NCBI GenBank assembly: GCA_963976765.1
Contig: CAXBME010000029.1
Span: 1 to 64,000 of the forward strand
Direction of reading: 5' to 3'
DNA from: an uncultured Planctomycetaceae bacterium
GTDB lineage: Bacteria; Planctomycetota; Planctomycetia; Planctomycetales; Planctomycetaceae
DNA length: 64,000 nucleotides
In this document: positions 20,384 through 29,934 of the stretch, piece after piece
Layout: every line of letters starts with the position of its first letter
Numbering within the stretch: position 1 is the first letter of the stretch
Notes under the pieces: generated by a model
What the model saw: the letters and a program-made list of their open reading frames with translations, nothing else
What the model was told of the DNA's origin: nothing
The model's database searches: none
Position numbers and translations under genes: made by a program

Positions 20384-20625
20384 TTCGTGGTGACTGGCAA
20401 TGCAGTCATTCACTGATGTTGGTTGGGCAGGTCTTCGGATGCTCAACAGAGCTCAGTCGGGTTTCTTGTTGACGGTCCGATCGGGCGCCAAGTACCATCG
20501 CTCAATCGAGTTAACAGAATTATCGCAAGGTGATCAGCACCCTTATCCTTCATTCTCTTCCTGATCTGACTGCATCAGATTTGGCCGGGATCGAGTTCAA
20601 CTAACTGTCTTCGGGAGTTTATGCC

Positions 20626-21771
20626 ATGAGTCGTCGAGCTATTCGTCGTGGGTTCACCTTGATCGAACTGCTGGTCGTGATTTCGATCATCGCGATCCTG
20701 ATCGCCATTCTGCTGCCGGCTGTTCAGCAGGCTCGCGAAGCTGCCCGCCGCAGCCAGTGCCAGAACCATCTCAAACAGATGGGGCTTGCGCTGCACAATT
20801 ACCAGACTGCTCATGGAGTGTTCCCGCCGGGAATGATTGCTTCGCAATTTCTGGCGAGTTCCGGGAGTACATCGTTGCAGACAAACGATCCCAATGAAGG
20901 AGTATCTACAACCAGTGGCGGAACTTCCGGGCTTCACGGAGACAGTTGGATGCTGCATATCCTGCCGTTTATGGATTACAAAGATGTCTACGAGACGTGG
21001 TTTGAGTGTCCCGGCAATGTGTACGACCACCACTTCCTGCCAGCCGGAGGCGCTTCTGTATGTCCACTGACTGTTACGTCAGGACCTGCTGCTCTGAATG
21101 AGATTCGAGCGTTCTATTGTCCGTCCCGTCGAAGCACGATGGAGCCGCTCAAATTTAACAATACCTACCGAGTCGACGTTTCTGCCACGAAAGGCGGAAA
21201 CGATTACGGTGGATGTGCCGGGTCGGGCATCATTATTAATGATGGTGCCGAGACAACCTTTGGCAGCGGTTCTGTGCTGCGGCCCGTCTTCCGAATGACA
21301 CCTGCTCAGGCGGCTCTGCCTGCCAACCTGGCCTATGCTCAGCATGGGGCAAATATGGGTGTTCTCTTTATAAACAGTTCCACCAGCGTCACAGACATTA
21401 CCGACGGCACCAGCAACGTTGTGATGGTCGGAGAGATGGCGAGGTTTAACAGGCTGGCAACAGCTACTCCCGACACGCGTCGAATCAGCAGCGATGGCTG
21501 GGCCTGGGGAGGTGCTGCGACGTTGTTTACGACATCGCCAACGCCTTCAACTCAACCGCCTTCAACGACTCCGTCACTCAACCGGGCGCGTGGTGGCATT
21601 AACAAGGGCGATCACTACAGCTCGCCCGCCAGTGAGCATGCAGGGCTTGCCCAGTTCTGCCTGGCAGATGGTTCGGTCAAGTCTTTGAGCGAAAATATCA
21701 ATGATCAGGTATTCGCGAACCTCGGAAACATCTCGTCTGGTATTCCCGTTGGAAGTTTCGGCGCGAATTAA
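20626..21771 (+). CDS. DUF1559 family PulG-like prepilin-type protein
   Basis: [54 protein letters not shown]-terminal H-X9-DG ([12 protein letters not shown]). Confidence 0.95.
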   Translation: MSRRAIRRGFTLIELLVVISIIAILIAILLPAVQQAREAARRSQCQNHLKQMGLALHNYQTAHGVFPPGMIASQFLASSGSTSLQTNDPNEGVSTTSGGTSGLHGDSWMLHILPFMDYKDVYETWFECPGNVYDHHFLPAGGASVCPLTVTSGPAALNEIRAFYCPSRRSTMEPLKFNNTYRVDVSATKGGNDYGGCAGSGIIINDGAETTFGSGSVLRPVFRMTPAQAALPANLAYAQHGANMGVLFINSSTSVTDITDGTSNVVMVGEMARFNRLATATPDTRRISSDGWAWGGAATLFTTSPTPSTQPPSTTPSLNRARGGINKGDHYSSPASEHAGLAQFCLADGSVKSLSENINDQVFANLGNISSGIPVGSFGAN

Positions 21772-21809
21772 CATCAGTCTTGAACGCCTGAAATTGTATT
21801 CGCAAAGTC

Positions 21810-21845
21810 CCTGGCAGCCGGTTTCGCCGTGCTGCCAGGTTTTTT
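21810..21845 (+). terminator. Rho-independent terminator after the DUF1559 gene
   Basis: CCTGGCAGC...GCTGCCAGG stem followed by TTTTTT. Confidence 0.75.
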
Positions 21846-21885
21846 GAGGTAGTGTCCCGGTCGCAGTGGATAGTTGAGGGGCGGC

Positions 21886-22779
21886 ATGACAATTCGTTGC
21901 GAATGTGATCACTGCGGTGCGTCTCTGAAAGTCAAGGACAAACTGGCCGGCACCGAGGGCAAGTGTCCAAAGTGCAAAGAAAAGATCCTGATTCCGGATG
22001 CGCCGTCCGACGACTCGGAAGAAATGCTGCTGGGCGACGGCGAAGCGGCATCAAAGTCTGTCGCCCCTAAGAAGAGCGCCGAGCAGGAAGAGGAAGACGC
22101 CATCTTCGGCGACGACTTTTTCAGTCTCAAGGAGCCCGAACCTCGACCTCGCTACATCCCGCCGGTGATCACCGACGACGATGACGATGAACCGGCGCCT
22201 CGGAAAAAGAGCAAGCCGAAGCCGAGTCAGGTCGAAGCGGGAGCGGCGAGCGAGTCTGGATCTGGAGCGAATGCCGCATCCATCGCGAGCAGTCTGTTGT
22301 CGAAAACCGGCAAACGAAACCGCCCGGAAGACTTTCAGGATCCAGCGGACGCTGACAAAGTCAGCTACGATTTTACCGAGGTCAACTACCTGCTTCTGCA
22401 TCGTGTCCTGCCGGGCGTTGCCGCCGCAACGGTTATGTTTTTTCTGGCCTACTGGATGTTTTCCGGCATGATGGACAGCGCCAAACTGCCGGAACTGGCT
22501 GAGCTGACCGGGCGTGTTACGCGAAACGGCGAAGGGGTTGCCGGGGCCTTACGCTTCTTTCCCGTAGCTGGCAACAGCGCTGACTCCGGCTTTTCAGGCA
22601 GTTCTTCGTTCGCATTTGCCGAGGCCGACGGAACCTACGAAGTCTTCTACAACGACGATGTTGCCGGGCTCGTGATCGGTAATCACGAAGTTGAGATCAT
22701 GGTCGGGACTGATCGGATTAAGCGCGAAGTAACCATTGAACCTGGCAGCCACGTTATCGATTTTGAAATCGCTGAATAG
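21886..22779 (+). CDS. Zinc-ribbon / acidic linker / TM / carboxypeptidase-regulatory-like domain protein
   Basis: CDHC...CPKC N-terminus, D/E-rich linker, one TM helix, then LTGRVTRNGE...FFP...DGTYEV...GNHEVEI beta-sandwich. Confidence 0.7.
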   Translation: MTIRCECDHCGASLKVKDKLAGTEGKCPKCKEKILIPDAPSDDSEEMLLGDGEAASKSVAPKKSAEQEEEDAIFGDDFFSLKEPEPRPRYIPPVITDDDDDEPAPRKKSKPKPSQVEAGAASESGSGANAASIASSLLSKTGKRNRPEDFQDPADADKVSYDFTEVNYLLLHRVLPGVAAATVMFFLAYWMFSGMMDSAKLPELAELTGRVTRNGEGVAGALRFFPVAGNSADSGFSGSSSFAFAEADGTYEVFYNDDVAGLVIGNHEVEIMVGTDRIKREVTIEPGSHVIDFEIAE

Positions 22780-22814
22780 ATCGGAGACTGCGAAGAATGC
22801 ATCGTCGGACTTCG

Positions 22815-23786
22815 ATGAAAAGTGTGGCACGGGTTGTCTTGATGCTGGTTGTCGTGTCTGGATTATGCGGTGTGACCGGTTGTGGCAAAGGCACGGACGG
22901 ACCGCTCGAACTGACCGCCGACCAGATCGAACTCAGAGAACGGGATGCCATCGAGCGATTGAAGGAACTGGGTTGTAAGGTCGCGGAAGTGGATGATCCG
23001 TTGATCGGAACACCAGGAATTCTGGTGACGATCTTCAATGAGCACCTGGCGACGACAGGAATAATTCGCACCGATGTGATCTCGCAATTTCGCTACCTTC
23101 GGAATCTCTTTCTCGTGACCGATGCAACGAGGATTTCGACCGCCGGGCTGGCTCAATTACGAAATTTGAACAACCTGCTGCTGGTCAGTGCTCAGTGGAC
23201 ATCGACCAGTGACAAGGGGCTGGCCAGTATCGAAGGAATCGTGAGTCTGAAGCTGCTCCGGCTGAACTGGTCGCTGGTGACGGACGACGGCCTGACACAC
23301 ATTGAACGTTTGCCTGAACTGGCAATGCTCTACCTCAGTGGAACGGCGGTGACGGACAAGATGGTGCCTCACATCAGGCCACTGAAAAGTTTGAAGGCAC
23401 TGCAGCTTTCGCATACCGGGATTACCGATGAGGGACTCGCAGAATTAAACGGGTTTGCCGATCTGACACATCTAGGGCTTGATGGGACAGTGATCACCGA
23501 CGATTCCATTTCCGTGATTGCCGGGTTCAGGTCTCTCGCGTATCTCAACGTCAGCGATACTGACATGACGGCAGCGGGTTTGAAAAAGCTGAAAGAAGCC
23601 CTGCCTGAATGTCGCGTCGAGTCAGAACCGAAGCCGAGGCCATCATTGCCCACCTTCAAGTATCCTGGCGCAAAGTCCGTGGCGACTGCAAAGCCTGTCG
23701 CAGAAAACGCAGCAGCTACAGAAACGGCTGAAGCGGTTTCAGCCGAACCGGAACTGCAGCCGGTCGTAGGCGGGGCAACGGAATAG
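22815..23786 (+). CDS. Leucine-rich-repeat lipoprotein
   Basis: Lipobox VTGC after a signal peptide; 24-aa LxxLxLxxTxITDxGL repeats. Confidence 0.85.
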   Translation: MKSVARVVLMLVVVSGLCGVTGCGKGTDGPLELTADQIELRERDAIERLKELGCKVAEVDDPLIGTPGILVTIFNEHLATTGIIRTDVISQFRYLRNLFLVTDATRISTAGLAQLRNLNNLLLVSAQWTSTSDKGLASIEGIVSLKLLRLNWSLVTDDGLTHIERLPELAMLYLSGTAVTDKMVPHIRPLKSLKALQLSHTGITDEGLAELNGFADLTHLGLDGTVITDDSISVIAGFRSLAYLNVSDTDMTAAGLKKLKEALPECRVESEPKPRPSLPTFKYPGAKSVATAKPVAENAAATETAEAVSAEPELQPVVGGATE

Positions 23787-23966
23787 TCACCTCGGTCGAG
23801 TGCGGTCGATGGCCGCCGCCCATGGCACTGACGAGTTTTGACCTGTCAAACTGTCAGCTCATGCACCTGCCGAGCGGACAACGTCGCCAGAGAGTGTGCG
23901 TGCCCGTGGAAAGCTCATTCGTGCTTCTGTAGCATCGAAATCTGCATTTCCTGACGTTGGACTTCC

Positions 23967-26900
23967 ATGCATTACTGTCCCGAATCCTGCCGCGAGTTTC
24001 TTGACGAGACTCCTATAGGTGGCTCTGCGTCTGACGTTGGACGCAGTTTTCACTACAGATCTGCGCCGATCTATTTCCTGACGCTGGTGGTTGGTGCTCT
24101 GTTTGCTGTCGATCTGATAGTCAGCTTTCTCGAAGAGACGGGCGTGTCGGCGTGGTCGGATTACCAGTCGCTCGGCGGCTTTCGACTGGCTTTGCTGGCC
24201 GCTGTGCTGGGCGGGGCACGGATTCTTTATCAGACGCTTGAGAATCTGTTCGACGGAAAAGTCGGAGCGGATCTGGCGCTTACGATTGCCTGTCTGGCGG
24301 CGATCGTGCTGGGGGAACATTCAACGGCAGCCCTGGTCGTGTTCATCGCGTTGTGTGGTGAGAGTATCGAAGGGTTCACCGTCGATCGTGCTCAGCGAGC
24401 GATTCGCGCGGTCTTTAATCTCTGTCCACCCACTGCTCACTTGATTGACGACGGACGTGAAACTGAAGTCGCCGTGGCCGATGTGTGTGTGGGGCAGGTT
24501 GTAGTCGTTCGGCCTGGTGAACGGATTCCCGTCGACGGAGTTGTTCGGTCAGGGGCATCGGCTGTCGACCAAAGTGCTTTGACGGGTGAAAGTCTGCCGT
24601 TTGAAAAGATGGTTGGAGATGAAGTTTTTGCCGGCACGCTGAATCAATTCGGAGCGTTGGAAGTTGAGGCGTCGCGAGTTTCAACAGAATCAACGCTCGC
24701 AAAAGTCGTACAGCTCGTGGCGGAAGCCACCGAACGCAAGGCACCGCTCGAACGAACGGCGGACCGTTATGCGCGAATGTTTCTACCTGTCGTGCTGGCG
24801 GTTGCCGTTTGCACGTTGATCGGTTGGCGACTCAATACGGGCGAGTGGCGACCGGGTTTTCTACCGGCGCTCAGTGTTCTGGTTGTTGCCTGTCCCTGTC
24901 CGTTGATTCTGGCAACGCCGAGCGCGGTGATGGCCGCGATGGCATGGCTCGCTCGATCAGGCGTCGTGGTGAAAGGGTCGATCGCGCTCGAACGGCTTTC
25001 CAGAGTTGACACCATCGCGTTTGACAAGACCGGCACGTTGACGAAGGGCGAGCTGGAAATTGGCACCGTCGTTTCTGTCGTGAACGATGTCGACGAGACG
25101 GAATTACTCCGCACGGCGGCCATCGCCGAACGCCGCAGCGAGCACCCGATTGCCCGGCTGATCTGTCGTGAAGTTGCTGTTCGAGAATGCGTTGTTCCGG
25201 GGGTGTACGATTTTGAAACGCACCCCGGTTCCGGAGTCACTGCTCGCGCAAAGCTGGCGGACCTTGGTGACTGGGCCTCGAGATCTGCTTCGGATCCAGA
25301 TGGTCGATTGGCTCTTGTCGTCGGGAATCGGCGGCTGATTGATCACTCAGGAATTGAGTTGTCTGATGACGTGTCCGAGGCATTGATCGATCTCGACGCC
25401 CAGGGAGAGTCGTCTCTCATTGTGGCGGTCGGTGGTCGAGTGATCGGCATAGTTGGAGTTCGAGATACCGTTCGAGAATCTGCTGGCGATGTCATGACGC
25501 AGCTTCGCTCGGCGGGCATTACGTCGTTCGCTATGTTGACGGGCGATCGAAAAGCCGCCGCGCAGGAGTTGCAGAAGTCACTGCCCGGATTCGACGCGGT
25601 CGAGTCTTCTTTGTTGCCGGCTGATAAAGCGGCATGGATCGAGAATGCCGAGGCTGGCGGTCGCAAAGTTGCGATGATCGGCGACGGGGTCAATGACGCG
25701 CCCGCTCTCGCGACGGCAATGGTGGGTATTGCTCTTGGCAGAGTTGGTAGCGAGATTGCGGCTGACGCTGGTGATCTGATTCTGATGGGCGATCCTCTGA
25801 AACCGTTGCCCGGTTTGCTTCGCTTGTCTCGGCAACTGGTACTCACGATTCGGCAAAGCATCTATCTGTTTGCTTTTGGAATGAATGGCGTCGGAATGAT
25901 TCTGGGGGCGACGGGAATTCTGTCGCCAGGAGCAGCCGCCATCTTTCACGAGGTCGCATCTCTGGCGGTCATGATCAACGCTCTTCGACTGTTGTGGTTC
26001 GAACGGTGGGAACAGACTCGCCTCGGGCAGTTGACGAACTCGCTGGAGCAAGCGGTGGAGTGGCTGATTGACGTTCTGTCGCCGAGCAGAATCGTGTTTC
26101 GACTTGTCGAGAACGCTCGCGTGATAGTTCGACTGGCTGGTGCCGCGATTGCGCTGGCATGGTTCATGTCGGGGCTGTGTCTGGTCGAGGAAGATCAACA
26201 GGCTGTTGTGACGCGTTTCGGGAAGTTTGAGACGACACTGGATTCCGGTCTGCATTGGCGCTGGCCGGCACCGTTTGAGAAGGTTCGCAAGGAACGGGTT
26301 GGAAACCTGCGCGTTGTGCAGATCGGGTTTCGGTCGGCGGAGTCTGCAAGTCTGGATAGGCAGATCACTGGCACGGAGCCAATCGAATGGACCAGCAGTC
26401 ACGACGATCAGGAGCACGGGGGTTTTGCTGCTGAGTCGATGACGTTGACCGGCGATGAAGTTCCCGTCGAATTGACCGCAGAGGTTTCTTACAGAATCAA
26501 TGACCTGCAAAAATTCGTGTTTTCGTGTGGCGACACTGAGGCATTGATTCGATCAGTTGCTGAGAGTTCGATTCGCAAAACGATCGCGACGGTTTCGCTG
26601 GATACGGTGATGACGGAGTCGCGACCGTCGATCGAACGTCGGGTTCGGCACGAGATTGTGAATGCACTCGGCGACTATGAATTGGGAGTTGAACTCGCAA
26701 CCGTCAGCCTTCTGGACGTGCATCCGCCGCAGTCGGTCGTCTCGTCCTATCGGCAGGTGGCGGACGCAGTGGAGCTTCACGAACAGCTCATCAACGAAGC
26801 GGAAGCCTACTATTCGCAGACGGTGCTCAGTGCTGCGGGGGATGACGCGATTCGCAGGCTCAGTCGTTCCGTTGATTCTCAAAAGTCTGACAGCGAGTCG

Positions 26901-27305
26901 ACGACGGGTGAGATTGCCGACTGGATCCTTACGGATGAGCTTTGGGCGCAGATCACACGCGAAGAACCGGATCGGCGGATGGAGCTTTCCGGTGAGGCGG
27001 CGGCGATTATTCACCGCGCCCACGAACAACGTACGAAGCGAGTGACGGCGGCGGCGGCTTCGGTGGCTCGATTCAGCAGCCTGGTTGTTCAGCACGCCAG
27101 CCACCCAGTACTGACAGGAACGACTCTATATTTTCAGGCGGTCGTCGATGCGCTGGCCGTTCAGTCGTTGACGATCATCGATCCCGCTGTCGCCGGTCAG
27201 CAACGGCTGTTGTTAATAGACCCTGAAAAGTTTTCGACCCCGACGATTCTGCAGCCTTTGATGACTCCAGATGAGGCGGCTGAAGAACAACCGACTTCCG
27301 AGTAG
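23967..27305 (+). CDS. P1B-type heavy-metal P-type ATPase fused to a C-terminal HflK-like SPFH domain
   Basis: [36 protein letters not shown]. After ~aa 720: TM helix + [41 protein letters not shown] (Band7/HflK). Confidence 0.92.
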   Translation: MHYCPESCREFLDETPIGGSASDVGRSFHYRSAPIYFLTLVVGALFAVDLIVSFLEETGVSAWSDYQSLGGFRLALLAAVLGGARILYQTLENLFDGKVGADLALTIACLAAIVLGEHSTAALVVFIALCGESIEGFTVDRAQRAIRAVFNLCPPTAHLIDDGRETEVAVADVCVGQVVVVRPGERIPVDGVVRSGASAVDQSALTGESLPFEKMVGDEVFAGTLNQFGALEVEASRVSTESTLAKVVQLVAEATERKAPLERTADRYARMFLPVVLAVAVCTLIGWRLNTGEWRPGFLPALSVLVVACPCPLILATPSAVMAAMAWLARSGVVVKGSIALERLSRVDTIAFDKTGTLTKGELEIGTVVSVVNDVDETELLRTAAIAERRSEHPIARLICREVAVRECVVPGVYDFETHPGSGVTARAKLADLGDWASRSASDPDGRLALVVGNRRLIDHSGIELSDDVSEALIDLDAQGESSLIVAVGGRVIGIVGVRDTVRESAGDVMTQLRSAGITSFAMLTGDRKAAAQELQKSLPGFDAVESSLLPADKAAWIENAEAGGRKVAMIGDGVNDAPALATAMVGIALGRVGSEIAADAGDLILMGDPLKPLPGLLRLSRQLVLTIRQSIYLFAFGMNGVGMILGATGILSPGAAAIFHEVASLAVMINALRLLWFERWEQTRLGQLTNSLEQAVEWLIDVLSPSRIVFRLVENARVIVRLAGAAIALAWFMSGLCLVEEDQQAVVTRFGKFETTLDSGLHWRWPAPFEKVRKERVGNLRVVQIGFRSAESASLDRQITGTEPIEWTSSHDDQEHGGFAAESMTLTGDEVPVELTAEVSYRINDLQKFVFSCGDTEALIRSVAESSIRKTIATVSLDTVMTESRPSIERRVRHEIVNALGDYELGVELATVSLLDVHPPQSVVSSYRQVADAVELHEQLINEAEAYYSQTVLSAAGDDAIRRLSRSVDSQKSDSESTTGEIADWILTDELWAQITREEPDRRMELSGEAAAIIHRAHEQRTKRVTAAAASVARFSSLVVQHASHPVLTGTTLYFQAVVDALAVQSLTIIDPAVAGQQRLLLIDPEKFSTPTILQPLMTPDEAAEEQPTSE

Positions 27306-27359
27306 GGTGGGCATTTCACACCGACAAACTGATCAACTGGTGGACACTGCCCACCTTGC
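27302..27359. repeat. Degenerate GTAG-type REP doublet (REPIN-like)
   Basis: GTAGGGTGGGCA... followed by the inverted partner GGTGGACACTGCCCACCTTGC. Confidence 0.55.
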
Positions 27360-27382
27360 GTTTGACGAATTCTGGTTAATTC

Positions 27383-28522
27383 ATGAGCACCTCCGAAAAA
27401 AACGAATCCGACAAAGGTTCTCGAAAATCGCCGCGCGCTGTTGTGCGGTTTCTGGTCGTCGTGCTGGGGCCAGGTCTCGTTGCCTGGCTGTCGACGGCGA
27501 TCGTGTTTGTTGATGAGACGGAAGTTGTTTTGCTGGAACGGCTCGGCAAAGTCGTGGCGGTACTCGATCGCTCCGATGATCGTGGTTTGAATTTCAAGCT
27601 GCCCTGGCCGCTGGGAACGGCTCGGCGGTTCGATCGGCGGACTCAACTGTTCGATCCGCTCGGTCGCGAAGTTTTTACTCGTGACCGCAAGAACGTTACG
27701 GTCGACGCGTACGTCTGCTGGAAGATTGCCGAGCCGGCTTCCGGCTCAGATTTGCTTGACCGTCCTGCCGTTCGTTTCTTTCGATCGCTGGGTTCGATCG
27801 AGATGGCGGAAGCTCGGCTGGAGACGCGAGTTCGTTCATCGCTGGCCTCGCGGATCGCGATGGTCGAGCTGGGCGATCTGCTCAGCGTTTCTGATTCAGA
27901 AAGCCCACCCAAAGATCCGACGGAAATGTCGCTCGATCAGGTTTCGCGGCAGCTGCTGGACGACGTGCGGCAGCGCTCTGATGAAGAATCGTCGGTTCTT
28001 GAGCGGTTAGGGATTGAGATTGTCGACGTCCGGATTAAGCGGATCAATTTTCCGCGAGGCAATCAGCAGGCTGTTTTTGAGCGGATGAAAAGTGAGCGTC
28101 AGAAAATTGCGGGAAGGTATCGCAGCGCCGGACTGGCGCAAAACGCGGTGATTCGCAGCCAGGCCGACCGGCAGTACAACGAAATTATTTCCCGTGCTGA
28201 GGCCGAGGCCGAACGGATTCGTGGTGCCGGGGAAGCCGAAGCGCTGGCTGTTTTGAACGAGGCGCACGCCCGCGATCCGGAGTTCTACCAGACCCTCCGC
28301 ACGCTGGATTCCTATAAGAAGATCATCAATGAGAAAACGACGCTCGTTCTGTCTGCGTCTAGCAGCCTGTTGAAGCTACTCGTCAACGGCGTCCCGGATC
28401 TACCACCGGATTCGCCGGTCGCGGACGAGTCGGCAGCGTCTGATAACGCCGAGCAGAAGGACGATTCTGAGGCGCCGTCGCCCGTCAGAAAAAATAGCGG
28501 CGAGGGGACGGCGAATGAGTAG
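27383..28522 (+). CDS. hflC: HflC-like SPFH membrane protease modulator
   Basis: TM, GLNFKLPWP, TRDRKNVTVDAYVCWKI, GIEIVDVRIKRINFP, VFERMKSER, IRGAGEAEA, DPEFY. Confidence 0.9.
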   Translation: MSTSEKNESDKGSRKSPRAVVRFLVVVLGPGLVAWLSTAIVFVDETEVVLLERLGKVVAVLDRSDDRGLNFKLPWPLGTARRFDRRTQLFDPLGREVFTRDRKNVTVDAYVCWKIAEPASGSDLLDRPAVRFFRSLGSIEMAEARLETRVRSSLASRIAMVELGDLLSVSDSESPPKDPTEMSLDQVSRQLLDDVRQRSDEESSVLERLGIEIVDVRIKRINFPRGNQQAVFERMKSERQKIAGRYRSAGLAQNAVIRSQADRQYNEIISRAEAEAERIRGAGEAEALAVLNEAHARDPEFYQTLRTLDSYKKIINEKTTLVLSASSSLLKLLVNGVPDLPPDSPVADESAASDNAEQKDDSEAPSPVRKNSGEGTANE

Positions 28523-29576
28523 CTCCTCGAATTTGGAATCTGCAACGGTCACCCCGTCGCCGTTCGATCCGGTCGAAGTTCGTCACTCGCGATGGCTTGC
28601 CTGGTGCGGAAGTGTTGCAGCGATGCTGACTGTCTGGGCCTGCTCCGGAATCTTTGTGGTCGGTGCCGACGAGGCTGCCGTTCTTAAGGTCTTCGGGCGG
28701 GCAGAGCGGACGGCTGACGGAGTCGTTCTGCTCCGAAACAGTGGATTGTATTTTCATTTGCCCTGGCCGATGACTCAGGTTGAGCGGGTCAGGATCAACG
28801 AAGTTCGCACGGTCTCGGTTGGAAGTTCCGGGTTGGGCGATGCTGGGCCGGACGAGCCGTTTCTACAGGTCGTCGGTTCGTCGTTGAATGCCGAGTTACT
28901 CAGCGGCGACAAGAACGTGCTCAACGTGCAGCTCAACGTCAGCTATCGAATCGGCAGTGATCGGGTTGGCGACTGGCTGTTTGGTTCGACGACCGGGGAA
29001 CGGCGTCTTGAGCTGCTTGCCAGCTCTGTGCTGGCGGATGTGGTTCTGCGGAGCGGTGTCGACTTTGTTCACACGCTCGGCCACAACGAAATCCGACGTG
29101 CCGTCCTGAGTCGTCTGACAGAACTGGCGGAGCAGAATTCTCTGGGCGTCGAAATTGAGGATGTAACGATCGCTGGCGTCACGCCGCCAATTCGTGTGAA
29201 AGCTGACTTTGTCGACGTGATGAACGCTCGGGCCGACCGGGAAACTTATGTGAACCGTGCGCGGGATTACGAATCTCAGCGCGAGTCCGCCGCTACCGCC
29301 GAAGCGGCGAAGCTGACGAACGAGGCTCGGTCGTACGCTCAGCGAAAAGTGGACCTCGCCGGCGCGGAAGCTGAGAGTTTCAATCGACTGATTGATCAAT
29401 TTGTCGCAGCGGCGGAAGGCGGATCGGCGAGTTACGATGAAGTTCGACAGATGGCTCTTCGGCGGGAATTTATTGACACGCTTGCCGAAATCTTTCAGAA
29501 GGTCGACGCAAAGGTGCTGCTGGATTCCGGACAGCAGGTCGATATCACGTTGCATCGAAATCCGAACGGGCAGTAA
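28515..29576 (+). CDS. hflK: HflK-like SPFH membrane protease modulator
   Basis: TM, SGLYFHLPWP, LLSGDKNV, VTPPIRVKADFVDVMNARAD, EARSY, GAEAESF; overlaps the hflC stop. Confidence 0.85.
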   Translation: MSSSSNLESATVTPSPFDPVEVRHSRWLAWCGSVAAMLTVWACSGIFVVGADEAAVLKVFGRAERTADGVVLLRNSGLYFHLPWPMTQVERVRINEVRTVSVGSSGLGDAGPDEPFLQVVGSSLNAELLSGDKNVLNVQLNVSYRIGSDRVGDWLFGSTTGERRLELLASSVLADVVLRSGVDFVHTLGHNEIRRAVLSRLTELAEQNSLGVEIEDVTIAGVTPPIRVKADFVDVMNARADRETYVNRARDYESQRESAATAEAAKLTNEARSYAQRKVDLAGAEAESFNRLIDQFVAAAEGGSASYDEVRQMALRREFIDTLAEIFQKVDAKVLLDSGQQVDITLHRNPNGQ

Positions 29577-29675
29577 CGAGCTTTCCACTTTCCACCACTA
29601 CCTGCTGTCATCTTCAGTCGCCTGGCTGTAATGGCTGGATTCGTTCCGGGACTATTCTGAAAGCATTCTGAATCC

Positions 29676-29915
29676 GTGGCCATCCTTTCTGAGATCACCT
29701 TGCTGATGACCGTCCTGTTCCTCTGGGGCCTTTATGACTATCGCCGCTCGCCGAAGAAGCTTACGGATGAGCAGCGGCGAAAACTGAAACCAATCGCCAA
29801 AGCCTGGAATGTCACCCCCGAGGAACTCCAGAACCGAGTCGTGCCCAAAGCCATCATGGTTATCAGCGGCGGCATTGGATTGCTTTGCCTGGTTCTCGGG
29901 CAGCTTGTTCGTTGA
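29676..29915 (+). CDS. Small hypothetical membrane protein (2 TM)
   Basis: 79-aa ORF filling the gap before the convergent glnE; two hydrophobic segments separated by a basic linker. Confidence 0.5.
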   Translation: MAILSEITLLMTVLFLWGLYDYRRSPKKLTDEQRRKLKPIAKAWNVTPEELQNRVVPKAIMVISGGIGLLCLVLGQLVR

Positions 29916-29934
29916 GCGGCTAGCCACGACGTCT

